A DNA stretch of 64,000 bases from an uncultured archaeon (GTDB lineage: Archaea > Iainarchaeota > Iainarchaeia > Iainarchaeales > 1-14-0-10-31-34). The notes under the pieces were generated by a model, which was not told the origin of the DNA, did not search any database, and worked only from the letters and a program-made list of their open reading frames with translations. The position numbers and the translations under genes are program-made. This document shows positions 48,303 to 58,353 of the stretch, one piece after another. How positions within the stretch are numbered: the first letter of the stretch is position 1; the number at the start of each line of letters is the position of its first letter. The DNA lies in NCBI GenBank assembly GCA_964608675.1, contig CAZSOZ010000004.1, positions 31,226 to 95,225 of the forward strand, in the 5' to 3' direction.

Positions 48303-48376
48303 TGGGGCCGCCGAGATTTGAACTCGAGCCACAAGCTCCCCGAGCTTGGATCCTAACCAGACTAGACTACGGCCCC
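48303..48376 (-). tRNA. tRNA-Pro (anticodon GGG), with an apparent C at position 33.
   Basis: Manual fold: acceptor GGGGCCG/CGGCCCC, D arm GTCT...GGAT, anticodon stem CAAGC/GCTTG, loop TCGGGGA, T arm TCGAG-TTCAAAT-CTCGG, discriminator A. Confidence 0.7.
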
Positions 48377-48382
48377 AAAAAA

Positions 48383-49507
48383 CTATTTTTTTTCTAAAAC
48401 TTGTTCATAAAATTTTTCCAGTTCGTTTGCTCTTTTTTCTTTTGAGTTTTTTCTGGCTGTTTCAACTGCATTAGTTGAAAGTTTTTCGTATAATTTTTTG
48501 TTTGAAAATAATTTATTTATTTTTTCTTTTGCTTCTCTTGCATTAAAGGGTTCAAATAAAAATCCATTAATTCCTTCTTTGATTGTTTCTGGTACTGCCA
48601 TTTTGTCTGCTCCAATGCACGGCATTCCTGTTGACATTGCTTCGGCAATAGTTAATCCTTGTGTTTCCATTGTTGCAGCAGTGACAAAAACATTTGATTC
48701 AGCAACTTTTTTTACTAAGTCTTTTCCTTTTAATGCTCCGTTAAATTCAATTCTTTTTTCTAGTCCTTTTTCTTCTGCTTTTTTTTTGAGTTTTTGTATT
48801 GCTGGACCTGAACCTATTATTGTAAGCAAAGCATTTTTTTCCAGCAATGAAAGAACCTCAATTAAAACTTCAATGTTTTTTTCAAATGAAATTCTTCCAA
48901 AATACACTAATTTTTTTTGCTTTAAGTTTTTATTGCATTTAATTGAATTAAATAATTCAAAGTTTATTCCGTTTGGCAAAACTTTAATGTTTTTTACTTC
49001 GTTTTTTTCTAATTCTTTTGCAGACTGTTTTGTTGGGGTGGTAATTAAATCGCATTTATTGTAAAACAGTTTTGTGTAAAACCAGACTCCTTTTTTTGCT
49101 ATTCTGCTTTCTTTCATGAAAGGAATCGGCAAATACATCATGAAGTCTGGTAGATAAGTATGATATGTGCCTATAACTTTTTTTTTGAGTTTTTTTCCTG
49201 AATTTAATCCTATCCAGCCCACTGAAAAAGGAGTGTGGCAGTGAATTATATCTGGATTAAATTCTTTTAGTTTTTTTTGTGCTTCAAAAGAAAAAATTGA
49301 ACTTATTCTGTATTCTTTGTAGGTAGGCAGAGAAAAACTTGGAATCCAAAACACATTAAATTTTGTTTTTGTTTTTTCTTTTGGTTTTGGAGCAAAAATA
49401 AGTATTTTGTGTCCTTTTTTTTTAAGTTCTTCTGCAAAATTTTCTATTGAAATTGTTACTCCGTTTATTTGAGGCCAGTATGAATCAGTAAAAAAAGCTA
49501 TTTTCAT
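48383..49507 (-). CDS. Glycosyltransferase family 4 (GT-B, group 1).
   Basis: C-terminal EGLTIAEAMSTGMPCIGADK block. Confidence 0.65.
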   Translation of the reverse strand: MKIAFFTDSYWPQINGVTISIENFAEELKKKGHKILIFAPKPKEKTKTKFNVFWIPSFSLPTYKEYRISSIFSFEAQKKLKEFNPDIIHCHTPFSVGWIGLNSGKKLKKKVIGTYHTYLPDFMMYLPIPFMKESRIAKKGVWFYTKLFYNKCDLITTPTKQSAKELEKNEVKNIKVLPNGINFELFNSIKCNKNLKQKKLVYFGRISFEKNIEVLIEVLSLLEKNALLTIIGSGPAIQKLKKKAEEKGLEKRIEFNGALKGKDLVKKVAESNVFVTAATMETQGLTIAEAMSTGMPCIGADKMAVPETIKEGINGFLFEPFNAREAKEKINKLFSNKKLYEKLSTNAVETARKNSKEKRANELEKFYEQVLEKK

Positions 49508-49542
49508 GCAGAATTATTGAATTTAACTTCTTTAAATGTTTT

Positions 49543-50256
49543 CTATCTGACTCCTTCGTATTTTCTGCTTGCTTTTCCAAATAAATGAAAATTTAATGCG
49601 TTTTTTAAATGAAAAAAAATATAGTAAAAATAACCCCATTTTTTTACTCTTCTTGCAGAAACTTTTACTTCACTTTTTGGATTCCATTTAATTTTTCCTG
49701 TTTTTTTGAGCCGGTTAAATAAATCCAGGTCTTCGCAGGTAACAAAGGTTGTGTCAAACCCGTTTATTTTTTCAAATGCAGTTTTTTTTACTGAAAGATT
49801 TGAACCCACTGCATTATGCATTCCAATTAAAGAAAAAAGCCATAAAAAGAAAGGCATTATTATTTTGCTTGTTTTTTTTTCTATTCCGCTTACATCTGAA
49901 AAGTAAACGCTGCCATATTGTCCTACTGTTTCAGGGTTTTTTTCAAAGAAACTGTAGTTTTCGTGAACCCAGTTTTCTGGAACAATTGCATCTGCGTCAG
50001 TAAACAATAAATATTTTCCTTTTGATATTTTTGCTCCTGCCTGCCTTTCAGCTGAAATTCTTCTCTTTTTTTCTATTATAATTCTTGCTCCAAGGCTTTC
50101 TGCTATTTCTGCTGTTTTGTCTTCGCTGTTTCCGTCTGCTACAATCACTTCATATTTTCCGTGAAATTTTTGTGCATTAATTGATTTCAAACACTGTTCG
50201 ATTCTTTTCTCTTCGTTCAACGTACAGACAATAACTGATACATCTATTTCATTCAT
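49543..50256 (-). CDS. Glycosyltransferase family 2.
   Basis: VSVIVCTLNEE and the DADA block (FTDADAIV). Confidence 0.65.
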   Translation of the reverse strand: MNEIDVSVIVCTLNEEKRIEQCLKSINAQKFHGKYEVIVADGNSEDKTAEIAESLGARIIIEKKRRISAERQAGAKISKGKYLLFTDADAIVPENWVHENYSFFEKNPETVGQYGSVYFSDVSGIEKKTSKIIMPFFLWLFSLIGMHNAVGSNLSVKKTAFEKINGFDTTFVTCEDLDLFNRLKKTGKIKWNPKSEVKVSARRVKKWGYFYYIFFHLKNALNFHLFGKASRKYEGVR

Positions 50257-50436
50257 TTTATCTTTTAATAAAAAAGCAGAACTAGAATAAAAGCTTTTGT
50301 TTGTTTTTTGTTAGCCATAAGCAAAGCGAAATAGTATGCTTTTGGTTGTCATTGTCAGCTGACACCAGCGCACGATTTTTAATCGTGTTAATATGCTTTT
50401 ACGGCATGCACTGTTGTTTACAGAAAGAATTGCGAA

Positions 50437-50621
50437 TGGGGACACTGGGAGTCGAACCCAGATTGCTTGGTTTCCGCCATGCCTTTTTCGAAAAAAGACA
50501 AGTTGCCAAAAAGGTTCGCTGAAGCGAACGCCGTGCAAAGCAATGTCTTTTTTTTTGATACAATTTTTTTCCGAAAAAAGTTGTCTGGAGCCAAGCGGGA
50601 TAGCCATTACCCTATGTCCCC
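50437..50621 (-). tRNA. tRNA-Trp (anticodon CCA) carrying a 113-nt intron at 50472..50584.
   Basis: Manual fold: acceptor GGGGACA/TGTCCCC, D arm GGGT-AATGGCTA-TCCC, anticodon stem CTTGG/CCAAG, loop CTCCAG[intron]A, T arm CTGGG-TTCGACT-CCCAG, discriminator A. Confidence 0.75.
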
Positions 50622-50747
50622 GAACTGTTCGCTTAGTTCACATGCGTGCACTATTTTCGCTGCGTTTGATGCAGTTGCAATTAAAAAAAGTACTTGGAAA
50701 AGTTAATAAATGATTAGAGTATATTTTAATAGATTGAAGGGATTTAA

Positions 50748-52022
50748 ATGAGGAAGTTGGAGGTATTGTTTTGTTTGCTTTTATTCAGCGGTTTTGCTTA
50801 TAGTTTGTCGTCTGCTGAAGTAACTAATTTTTTTCGTTCTGAATCTCATTTTTTGGAGTCTAATCAGTCTTTTAGTGAAACCCCTTTTTTTGTTGAGCAT
50901 AAAGGAAAAAATTATTGGGTTGTTGTTTTGATTTCAGAGAATACTCCAACTGGTTTTGTGGCTGTTCCTTCTGATAAAAAAGAGGTTGTTGAATCTAATT
51001 CAGTTAACAGAAATTTGTTTCGTACAGCTTATATTTTGTATTCTGTTAATTCTTATAAATCTAATTCCCGGTGGATTTTTTCTAATTCAAATAAAGGAAA
51101 ATTTAATACTTTATCCATACTTTTATCTGCTGATGTTCCGTTTAAATTGAATTCAATTAAAGAAGGAACATCTGATTCTGAAATAAAAAATAAAGTGAAT
51201 TTAATGCTTTCAATGCTGGATTTATTATCAGAAAAATCAAGTGAAATTGAATCTGCTTTTGGTTCTGCGATTCAGTTTGAATTAAATTTTGTTTCCAGTC
51301 CTGATTCTTCTGATGCTGATGTTTTAAGAAGCAGGTATGAAAACGTGTTTTCTTTGCTTCAGGAATTCAAGGAATTGAAATTGAATTATTCTTTGCAGGC
51401 AATTGAATTAAAGAAATTGATTTCGGAATCTGATTTAACTCCTAATGAAAAACAGCAGTTTTTGAATCTTGCTTCTGAGCCCCAGCAGTTGAATTCAATT
51501 GATTCAATTTTTTCTTTGTCTGCTGACACCCAGCAGAGAGTTGATGAAATTTTTTCTGCTGTTAATGCTAAAGTTAATTCTTGGGTTGATAATGTTTTTG
51601 TTATGATTGAAAGAAATAATGCTTTTGAAGAAATTTACGGGCAGGATTCTGCTTTTTATTCTAAAACAAAAAATAATTTTTACAGTTTGAATGATGCTTA
51701 TTCTTATATAACTGATGAAGATAATTCGATTTTTTGGAAAGAGCAGGGGAGGCTTTCTTCTTTTAAAAAAAATTTTTCTGAAGCAGAGAAAGCTTTTGAA
51801 CAAAAGAGTTATTCAAGAAGTATTTCTTTTGCGGAAAAAGCTAAAGCTGATGCAATTGCTGTAATTAATGCAGGTTTTTATGAATCAGAAAATTTTTTAA
51901 CTAAAAATTTGAGCGTAATTATTTTGGGTTTGGTTGCATTGCTTGTTTTGCTGATTTTGTTTAACAATAGAAAAAAATTTTTTAAGCCTGCAGAAGAATC
52001 CAAACAAGAATTCAAATTTTAG
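50748..52022 (+). CDS. Secreted protein with a C-terminal TM anchor and basic tail, hypothetical.
   Basis: Signal peptide, Ser/Asn-rich body, and a C-terminal hydrophobic helix followed by NNRKKFFKP. Confidence 0.35.
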   Translation: MRKLEVLFCLLLFSGFAYSLSSAEVTNFFRSESHFLESNQSFSETPFFVEHKGKNYWVVVLISENTPTGFVAVPSDKKEVVESNSVNRNLFRTAYILYSVNSYKSNSRWIFSNSNKGKFNTLSILLSADVPFKLNSIKEGTSDSEIKNKVNLMLSMLDLLSEKSSEIESAFGSAIQFELNFVSSPDSSDADVLRSRYENVFSLLQEFKELKLNYSLQAIELKKLISESDLTPNEKQQFLNLASEPQQLNSIDSIFSLSADTQQRVDEIFSAVNAKVNSWVDNVFVMIERNNAFEEIYGQDSAFYSKTKNNFYSLNDAYSYITDEDNSIFWKEQGRLSSFKKNFSEAEKAFEQKSYSRSISFAEKAKADAIAVINAGFYESENFLTKNLSVIILGLVALLVLLILFNNRKKFFKPAEESKQEFKF

Positions 52023-52080
52023 GTTTTTTTTTGCACGAAAGACTTTTAAATGAGAAAAGAGTATATTTATATGATTTTTT

Positions 52081-52710
52081 ATGGGGGCTGAAAAGGTTTC
52101 TTTGAATGTTGAAAACATTTCTAATAATATTAAGAACATTTTTTCTAAGAATGCAGGGGAATCAGATGAAGCCCGAAGCAGAAAATATGATTTTTTTCTT
52201 CAGAAAATGGATTCTTTGGAATCAAAATTAAAGGAATTAGAGCAGGTTTCTTCTGTTGGTTTGCCTTTGTCTGAAGCAAGGGACAATCTTGACAGACTGA
52301 AAAGCATTGAGGAACAAAATAATAGAACTGAATCAAAACTTAATTTGTATATTGCTAAAGTTCGTGAATTAAAGAGTTCAATTGAAGCATTAAAGGATTT
52401 ATCTGGACAAAAGGTTACGGCTTCCCAGCTTAATTTTTTGGATGAAAAAGTAAAAGGGCTTGAAGAATTAAGTGATGAAATACAAAAATCAAAAACAAAA
52501 GAAGTTTTGATTCAAGTAATTGAAATTCTTGAAAAGCTTGATAAAAGGGTTGTGGAATTAGAGAAAAAAACAGGAGAGCTTGTTACTAAGGAACGTTCTT
52601 TTTCTTCTTCAGTGAATTCAGATTATTCTGATTTTGATAAAACTGATTATGTTTCTGAAGAAAATTCATCAGAAAACAAGAGTTTTTTTGACAAACTTTT
52701 TCACAGGTGA
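52081..52710 (+). CDS. Coiled-coil hypothetical protein.
   Basis: Heptad-like E/K/L composition. Confidence 0.3.
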   Translation: MGAEKVSLNVENISNNIKNIFSKNAGESDEARSRKYDFFLQKMDSLESKLKELEQVSSVGLPLSEARDNLDRLKSIEEQNNRTESKLNLYIAKVRELKSSIEALKDLSGQKVTASQLNFLDEKVKGLEELSDEIQKSKTKEVLIQVIEILEKLDKRVVELEKKTGELVTKERSFSSSVNSDYSDFDKTDYVSEENSSENKSFFDKLFHR

Positions 52711-52714
52711 TTGA

Positions 52715-53269
52715 TTGGTTTTTCTTGAAGAAGAAAAAGCAAAAACTTGGGATACTTCAAAACAGGAATTTGTTTTTTTGAAAAAAAAAGCTGATTTGCT
52801 TGAATTAGAGAGACAGCGTTATTTGGTCAGCCAGATGAATCAGATTGAACAGAGAATCGGAATGATTAAAGGTTATTTTTCCGGTGAAGAATATTTTGGA
52901 GAATCTGCTTTTGTTGTAAAAAAACTTGATGAACTTGAAAGGAAATCTAAATTGTTTTCTGTACGTCCTGAATTATTTAATTTTTATGTTGAGGAAGCCA
53001 CAGGAAAACAGAAAAAAATAAAGGCTTCTTTGAATAATTTTGTTTCTTTTTCTGATGTCCAGGGTTTGCTTGAAAGAATTGCTTCGATTGTTGCTTTGTA
53101 TGGAATTATTACTGGAGGCAAAGTTAAGGGCCTTCTTTCAAATGTTTTGAAGAGAATTGAAGGCCTTCAAAAGAGAGCTCAGAATGTAGAGGAAACAATG
53201 AAGAGAATTGAAAGCAAGTCATTTAAAAAAATGGTTGATGAAGTAAAAGGGGATTTAAATGAAGTATAA
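52715..53269 (+). CDS. Hypothetical protein.
   Basis: ORF; overlaps the ATPase start. Confidence 0.3.
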   Translation: MVFLEEEKAKTWDTSKQEFVFLKKKADLLELERQRYLVSQMNQIEQRIGMIKGYFSGEEYFGESAFVVKKLDELERKSKLFSVRPELFNFYVEEATGKQKKIKASLNNFVSFSDVQGLLERIASIVALYGIITGGKVKGLLSNVLKRIEGLQKRAQNVEETMKRIESKSFKKMVDEVKGDLNEV

Positions 53270-54932
53270 AATAAGGGATTGTTCTAATTGTAATGGATTG
53301 AATGACCTTTCTTTTAAGCAGTGTTTTGATTGTGTTAAGCCTTCTCCTGATTTGGATTTAATTATTTTTAAAAACAAGACTTTTACTAAACAGCATTACC
53401 TTAAAGATAACAGGTTTGTTGTTTATCCTTTTTTTGTTGATGTTTTAATTAAACCGGTTGATAAAAAAGCAAAAATTTTGTCTTCTTATAAAATAAAGGA
53501 TGCAACAGTTAATGTTGTTGAATTAAAGGATACTATTCAGCCTGTTTATTCTTTAGGCGTAGAGTATCTTGAAAAAAATTTTAATGAATTAATTGATTTA
53601 AGAAAGGAATTTGAGAAAGGAGAATTTTCAAGTGATTTGCTTAAAATCTGGATTAAACAGCATGGTGTTTTGGATTATCTTTTATCTGACCCCAAAATTC
53701 AGGAAATTAATATTAATCCCCCTGAATTCCAGACTCCTTTTACTGTTGTTCATGAAGAATTTGATGAATGTAGGACAAATATTTTTCCAAGCATTGATTT
53801 TTTGAATTATTTGTCTACTTATTTGAAGATTGAATCAGGAAGGCCTTTGAATAAATCTCAGCCTCAATTGGATGGAGAATTGTTTGTTGAAAATCAAAGA
53901 GCAAGGGTTGCAGCAGTAGTGGAGCCTTTTTCTGTTCATGGAATAGGTTATAGTATTAGAAAGCATAGAGAAAAACCTTGGACTTTGCCTTTGTTTATTG
54001 ATAACAATACTGTTTCTCCTGTTTTTGCGGGTTTAATGTCTTTTGTTTTAACTCATGGAAGAACTTTTGTGGTTGCAGGCCCCAGAGGATCGGGGAAAAC
54101 TGCAATGCTTGGTTCTGTTATAAGTGAAATTCTCCCTAAATATAGAATTATTACTATTGAAGACACAAAAGAGCTTCCGGTTGATTTCTATAAAAATTTG
54201 GGTTATGATTTGTTGTCTCTTAAAGTAAGGTCTGCTTTAATGGATAAAGGTCTTGAAATTCCTTATGATCGTGGATTAAGAACTTCTTTGAGACTTGGGG
54301 ATTCTTTTTTGATGGTTGGAGAAATCAGAAGCAAGGAAGCAAAAGTTTTGTATGAAGCAATGCGTGTAGGAGCTTTATCTCATTCTGTTGGAGGAACAAT
54401 TCATGCTGATACTCCTTATGGTGTTTTTGACAGGGTTGTAAATGATTTGGGTGTTCCAAAAGGTTCATTTAAGGTAACTGATTTTATTATTATTGAAAAC
54501 CAGATTAAGAGTGCTGCAGGCCTTCATAGAAAAAGAAGAATTTTAAAGGTAGTTGAAGTTTTAAAGGATTGGAAAGACGAACCGGTTTTTCAGGAATTAA
54601 TGGTTTATAATCCTAAAACTGATTTGCTTGAACCAACAAGTGTTTTGTTGGAAGGAAAATCTGTTGTAATTAATGATGTTATTTCAAGAGTTAAAGGTTA
54701 TTCAAAGCCTGCGGATGCAGTTAATGATATTATGTTAAGGGCTTGGGCTAAAGAACTTCACGTTAAATTAAGCGAGGGAATAAAAGATAAAATGGAGGCT
54801 GATTTTAATTTGAGGCTGAATGTTTCTTTCAGTAAACTCTTTGAAGAAATTGAACCCATTAAAAGCGATAAAAAAACTGAGGAATTCAAAAAAGAGTTTG
54901 AAAAGATTGCTACAAGTATACTTAAATTATAA
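53259..54932 (+). CDS. Type IV pilus/archaellum-family secretion ATPase (FlaI/TadA/PilB superfamily).
   Basis: Walker A VVAGPRGSGKTAMLG and a downstream Walker B/His-box region; 557 aa. Confidence 0.7.
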   Translation: MKYKIRDCSNCNGLNDLSFKQCFDCVKPSPDLDLIIFKNKTFTKQHYLKDNRFVVYPFFVDVLIKPVDKKAKILSSYKIKDATVNVVELKDTIQPVYSLGVEYLEKNFNELIDLRKEFEKGEFSSDLLKIWIKQHGVLDYLLSDPKIQEININPPEFQTPFTVVHEEFDECRTNIFPSIDFLNYLSTYLKIESGRPLNKSQPQLDGELFVENQRARVAAVVEPFSVHGIGYSIRKHREKPWTLPLFIDNNTVSPVFAGLMSFVLTHGRTFVVAGPRGSGKTAMLGSVISEILPKYRIITIEDTKELPVDFYKNLGYDLLSLKVRSALMDKGLEIPYDRGLRTSLRLGDSFLMVGEIRSKEAKVLYEAMRVGALSHSVGGTIHADTPYGVFDRVVNDLGVPKGSFKVTDFIIIENQIKSAAGLHRKRRILKVVEVLKDWKDEPVFQELMVYNPKTDLLEPTSVLLEGKSVVINDVISRVKGYSKPADAVNDIMLRAWAKELHVKLSEGIKDKMEADFNLRLNVSFSKLFEEIEPIKSDKKTEEFKKEFEKIATSILKL

Positions 54933-54952
54933 TGATTGAGAAATGATTTTTC

Positions 54953-56833
54953 ATGTATTTTGAATTTATTTATTTGCTGGGAAAAAAATTCAGGTTTTTT
55001 CCTAAAATTAAGAGTTTGGACAGAAAGTTTTCTTTGGTTGAATTTCCTTTTTCTTCTTCAGAGGTTTTATCTGGTGCACTTTTAGTTCTTTTTATTTCGC
55101 TTTTTGTTTCAATTATTTTTTTTGCTGTTCTTCCTTTTTTGGGTTATGTTTTTTTGCTTGCAGGAGTCATTGTTTCTTTTAGTGCTTATGTTTTTGCTTC
55201 CGGAATTTTTCCTGCTCAAAGAACAATTGAATTAAAAAATCAAATGCTTGAAGCCCTGTTGCAAATGTCTAATTATATTTCGCTTAATTCAAGTTTTGAG
55301 TCTGCTTTTTTTAATGCAGGCGATTCTTTGGCAGGAACACTAAAAAAACAGTTTGATGACATTAAAATAAAAATAAGAAAAAAGGAATTTCATACTTTAG
55401 GAGAAGCTTTTGAGAAATATATTCCTGTTTGGATGGAATTGAATCCGTCTTTTGTTAAAGGCTTGAATTTGCTTCAAACGGCTTCTATTGCAAGAGAGGA
55501 AGAAAAAGATGAAATTATTGAAGAAGTAATTGAAACTGTTTTGCAGGAATATTATTCTAGCGGAAAAAGGTCAACTGAAAAGCTTTCAAATCAGACTTCT
55601 TCTTTGCTTTCTATTGGGGTTATGATGCCTTTAATGTCTTTGATTTTACTGCCTTTGGTTACAATTTTTTTGCCGAATTTTTCTAATTTAATGTTTCTGG
55701 CTTTTTTTTATAATGTTCTTGTTCCTGCTTTGCTTTTATTGATGGCAATGAATTTTGCCCAGAATAGAATTCAGGTTTCTGGAATTAATTTGTCTGAAAG
55801 CCCTAAATATAAGCCTGTTCCTAAAATTTTTTTTGTTTTGCCTTTTTTAATTGCATTAATTTTTTTAGTTCCTATGATTCTGCATTTGCTTTCAATTGAC
55901 TTGAGTTCAAGTGAAACCATTGCAAGAGAATTTACTCTTTCTTCTATTTTTACTATTTGGCTGGGTTTGTTTGGAGTCTTTATTGCAATTGAATCTTTTT
56001 TGTTTGTTTATGTTAAAATGAATGAAAAATTATGGAATGAAATAAATGAAATGGAAAAAGATTTGCCTCATTTGCTTCAAATTATTTCAAGTTATTTGTC
56101 TTTGAATCGTTCTCTTGAAAGCGTGATAAAAGATATTATTGAGGACTACAAAAACCATGGTTTTGGAAAGCACCCTACAGTTAAAATGCTTTCTTTTATT
56201 AAGAATTCTTTATTTAATTTAAAGAAAGGAATTCATAAAATTATTTCAGAGGATTTAAGGAAGGTTGCTTCAAGCAAAAAAATTTCAGAGGTTTTAACAA
56301 GAATTTCTGTTTTTACTACTGTTGACCAGCAGTCTGCTGCAAAATCAGCTAAAATGGTTAGAAGCCAGCAATTAAATGTAAATAAATTAGATGAATACAT
56401 TCAGACTCTTTTGGCTGAAACAATTTCTGTTGTAAGTATTTCAGTTAACATGCTTGCACCTTTGCTTTCAAGCACTGCTATAATAATGTCTATGGCTATT
56501 GTAATGTCTCTTGAATTCATTAAAGGTCAAATAAATAAAATTTTATTAAGTATTGGTTCTACTCCCACTGAACTTCAGTTAGTTAATCTTGAAAGCATTA
56601 TTCCACCTACTTCTTTGATGGTGGTAGTGGGTTTTTTCTTTTTAGAAATCACTATTATTTTGTCTGTTTTTCTTTCTAATATTGAGTCAGGAACAGACAA
56701 GTTTTTGATTGCAAAAACAATTATGAAAAGTTTGTTTACTGCTTTTCTAATTTTTTCTGTTTTATTGTTTTTTGGTCATATTCTTTTTACTGAAATAGTG
56801 TTTAAGGAAGTTACAATCGGAGGAATTGTCTGA
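54953..56833 (+). CDS. Polytopic membrane platform protein (FlaJ/TadC/PilC-like).
   Basis: About 9 predicted TM segments with a large cytoplasmic loop. Sits immediately downstream of the ATPase. Confidence 0.5.
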   Translation: MYFEFIYLLGKKFRFFPKIKSLDRKFSLVEFPFSSSEVLSGALLVLFISLFVSIIFFAVLPFLGYVFLLAGVIVSFSAYVFASGIFPAQRTIELKNQMLEALLQMSNYISLNSSFESAFFNAGDSLAGTLKKQFDDIKIKIRKKEFHTLGEAFEKYIPVWMELNPSFVKGLNLLQTASIAREEEKDEIIEEVIETVLQEYYSSGKRSTEKLSNQTSSLLSIGVMMPLMSLILLPLVTIFLPNFSNLMFLAFFYNVLVPALLLLMAMNFAQNRIQVSGINLSESPKYKPVPKIFFVLPFLIALIFLVPMILHLLSIDLSSSETIAREFTLSSIFTIWLGLFGVFIAIESFLFVYVKMNEKLWNEINEMEKDLPHLLQIISSYLSLNRSLESVIKDIIEDYKNHGFGKHPTVKMLSFIKNSLFNLKKGIHKIISEDLRKVASSKKISEVLTRISVFTTVDQQSAAKSAKMVRSQQLNVNKLDEYIQTLLAETISVVSISVNMLAPLLSSTAIIMSMAIVMSLEFIKGQINKILLSIGSTPTELQLVNLESIIPPTSLMVVVGFFFLEITIILSVFLSNIESGTDKFLIAKTIMKSLFTAFLIFSVLLFFGHILFTEIVFKEVTIGGIV

Positions 56834-56924
56834 TGAACAGAACTATTGTTATTTTGGTTGAATTTGTTATTGCAGTTGCTGCTTTGGCTGTAATGCTTTT
56901 TTATGTAATGGGGGCTGTTTCTTA

Positions 56925-57329
56925 ATGGAATCACTTGAATTAGTTTTTTTTCTTTTTTTTGCAGTCATTTGTTCTTCTTTTATTATTATTTTTTTGACGG
57001 GTTTTGATTTTGTTGGATTAAATGATTTTGTGGCAAACATGTTTTCTCCTGAAAACCAGAAACCTGACTTAAAGGAAGTTGATTTGTATGGTTTTGCTGA
57101 AGTTTCTTATGACTGCTGGTCTTCTTGTGGTTTTGGAGCAGAAGACAAAAATTGTTTTTCGGTTTTTTTGAAGTCTGATGAATATGATTCTGTTTCAAAA
57201 GAAACAATTGAATCTTTTTTTCAGAAAATTAATTTATGTAGTGACTGCAATATTTTAATGGAAAACGAAATTTTTCTTCCAAGAATTGTTTCAGTTAAAT
57301 GCTGGAATCATGCATTAAAAATTGAATAA
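56925..57329 (+). CDS. Pilin-like protein (single N-terminal hydrophobic helix, secreted Cys-containing domain).
   Basis: N-terminus MESLELVFFLFFAVICSSFIIIF. Confidence 0.35.
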   Translation: MESLELVFFLFFAVICSSFIIIFLTGFDFVGLNDFVANMFSPENQKPDLKEVDLYGFAEVSYDCWSSCGFGAEDKNCFSVFLKSDEYDSVSKETIESFFQKINLCSDCNILMENEIFLPRIVSVKCWNHALKIE

Positions 57330-57381
57330 AACAAATGCAAACAAATATAAATTACTATAACCTCATAATTAATGATTTAAA

Positions 57382-57768
57382 ATGGAAATGCCAATTAATG
57401 TAGTTATAACTTTGTTTGTGGGTTTGCTGGTTGGAGGCTTAATTGTTTTTTTTGCTCAAAACATTGTTTTTTCTTCTGAACAGCAGTTTATTGAATTTTT
57501 AGATGAAGAAGAAAACGGTTTTTTTGATTTAAAGGAAATTACTGAAAGCCAAATTGGTTTTTTGGTTAAATCTTGTTATGAAAAAAGTTTTGGAGAATCT
57601 TTAGATAATGAATTGTGTTATATTGTTCACGGGGAATCCCCTGCTTTTTTGGATTCAGATAAAGTTTTTGAGTTTTCAGGGGTTGAAGCAGAGGTTTCAA
57701 ATGAAACCTCAAAGTTTTTTTTAATTGAATGGAATGCTAAAGAAAATATTGTGGAGGTTACAACATGA
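57382..57768 (+). CDS. Pilin-like protein.
   Basis: N-terminus MEMPINVVITLFVGLLVGGLIVFF. Confidence 0.35.
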   Translation: MEMPINVVITLFVGLLVGGLIVFFAQNIVFSSEQQFIEFLDEEENGFFDLKEITESQIGFLVKSCYEKSFGESLDNELCYIVHGESPAFLDSDKVFEFSGVEAEVSNETSKFFLIEWNAKENIVEVTT

Positions 57769-58334
57769 AGTCAAAGGGAATGGAAATGGCAATACAAATT
57801 TTTATTGTTTTGTTTGTTTTGCTTGCTGTTTCAATGTTAGTTTTACAGCTTGTTTCAGAACAGTTTTCTGAAAGAGGCCAGGATTTAGAGGAACAAATAA
57901 AAAAAGATGAACTTAAAAGGCAGGTAAACAATGCAAAAAGCGAGTGCAGGCAGTTATGTAATGGAAATTCAATGGAAGACCACGTAAAATTTTGCATTAA
58001 AAATTTTGATTTAACTCCTTCAGGAACAATTTCTTATAATGAAAAAGAAGACATTCTTCCAGGATTTGGAGTGTGTACAGATCAAGTTTACTGCGCTCAA
58101 TTGATTACTGATTGTTCTATGGGTGCTTCAAAGCTTACTATGGAATCCTGTAAAGAAATAATTTGTAATCATTGGGGTGATTTTGGAATTGAAGAACCGG
58201 CATTAAGCAGTAAATTAAGGGAATTTGTTCAGCCTGGAGATTGTTTCAGCAAACTCAGCGAAGAAGAAAAACAAAGCCATTGGTTTAATGTTTTTTATGG
58301 CATAACAGACTCTTCTGAATTAAGTTGTTCCTAA
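57765..58334 (+). CDS. Pilin-like protein with a class-III-like signal peptide.
   Basis: MKSKG|MEMAIQIFIVLFVLLAVSML: a short basic leader, Gly, then a hydrophobic helix. Confidence 0.4.
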   Translation: MKSKGMEMAIQIFIVLFVLLAVSMLVLQLVSEQFSERGQDLEEQIKKDELKRQVNNAKSECRQLCNGNSMEDHVKFCIKNFDLTPSGTISYNEKEDILPGFGVCTDQVYCAQLITDCSMGASKLTMESCKEIICNHWGDFGIEEPALSSKLREFVQPGDCFSKLSEEEKQSHWFNVFYGITDSSELSCS

Positions 58335-58353
58335 AAAAAAGGGATTGATTTGA

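Noticed and set aside
50301-50713. Four overlapping track ORFs (50301..50522 +, 50311..50607 -, 50393..50713 +, 50467..50706 +).
   Set aside because: They are mutually overlapping, GC-driven and not protein-like. The region is fully explained by the intron-containing tRNA-Trp and its structured flanks.
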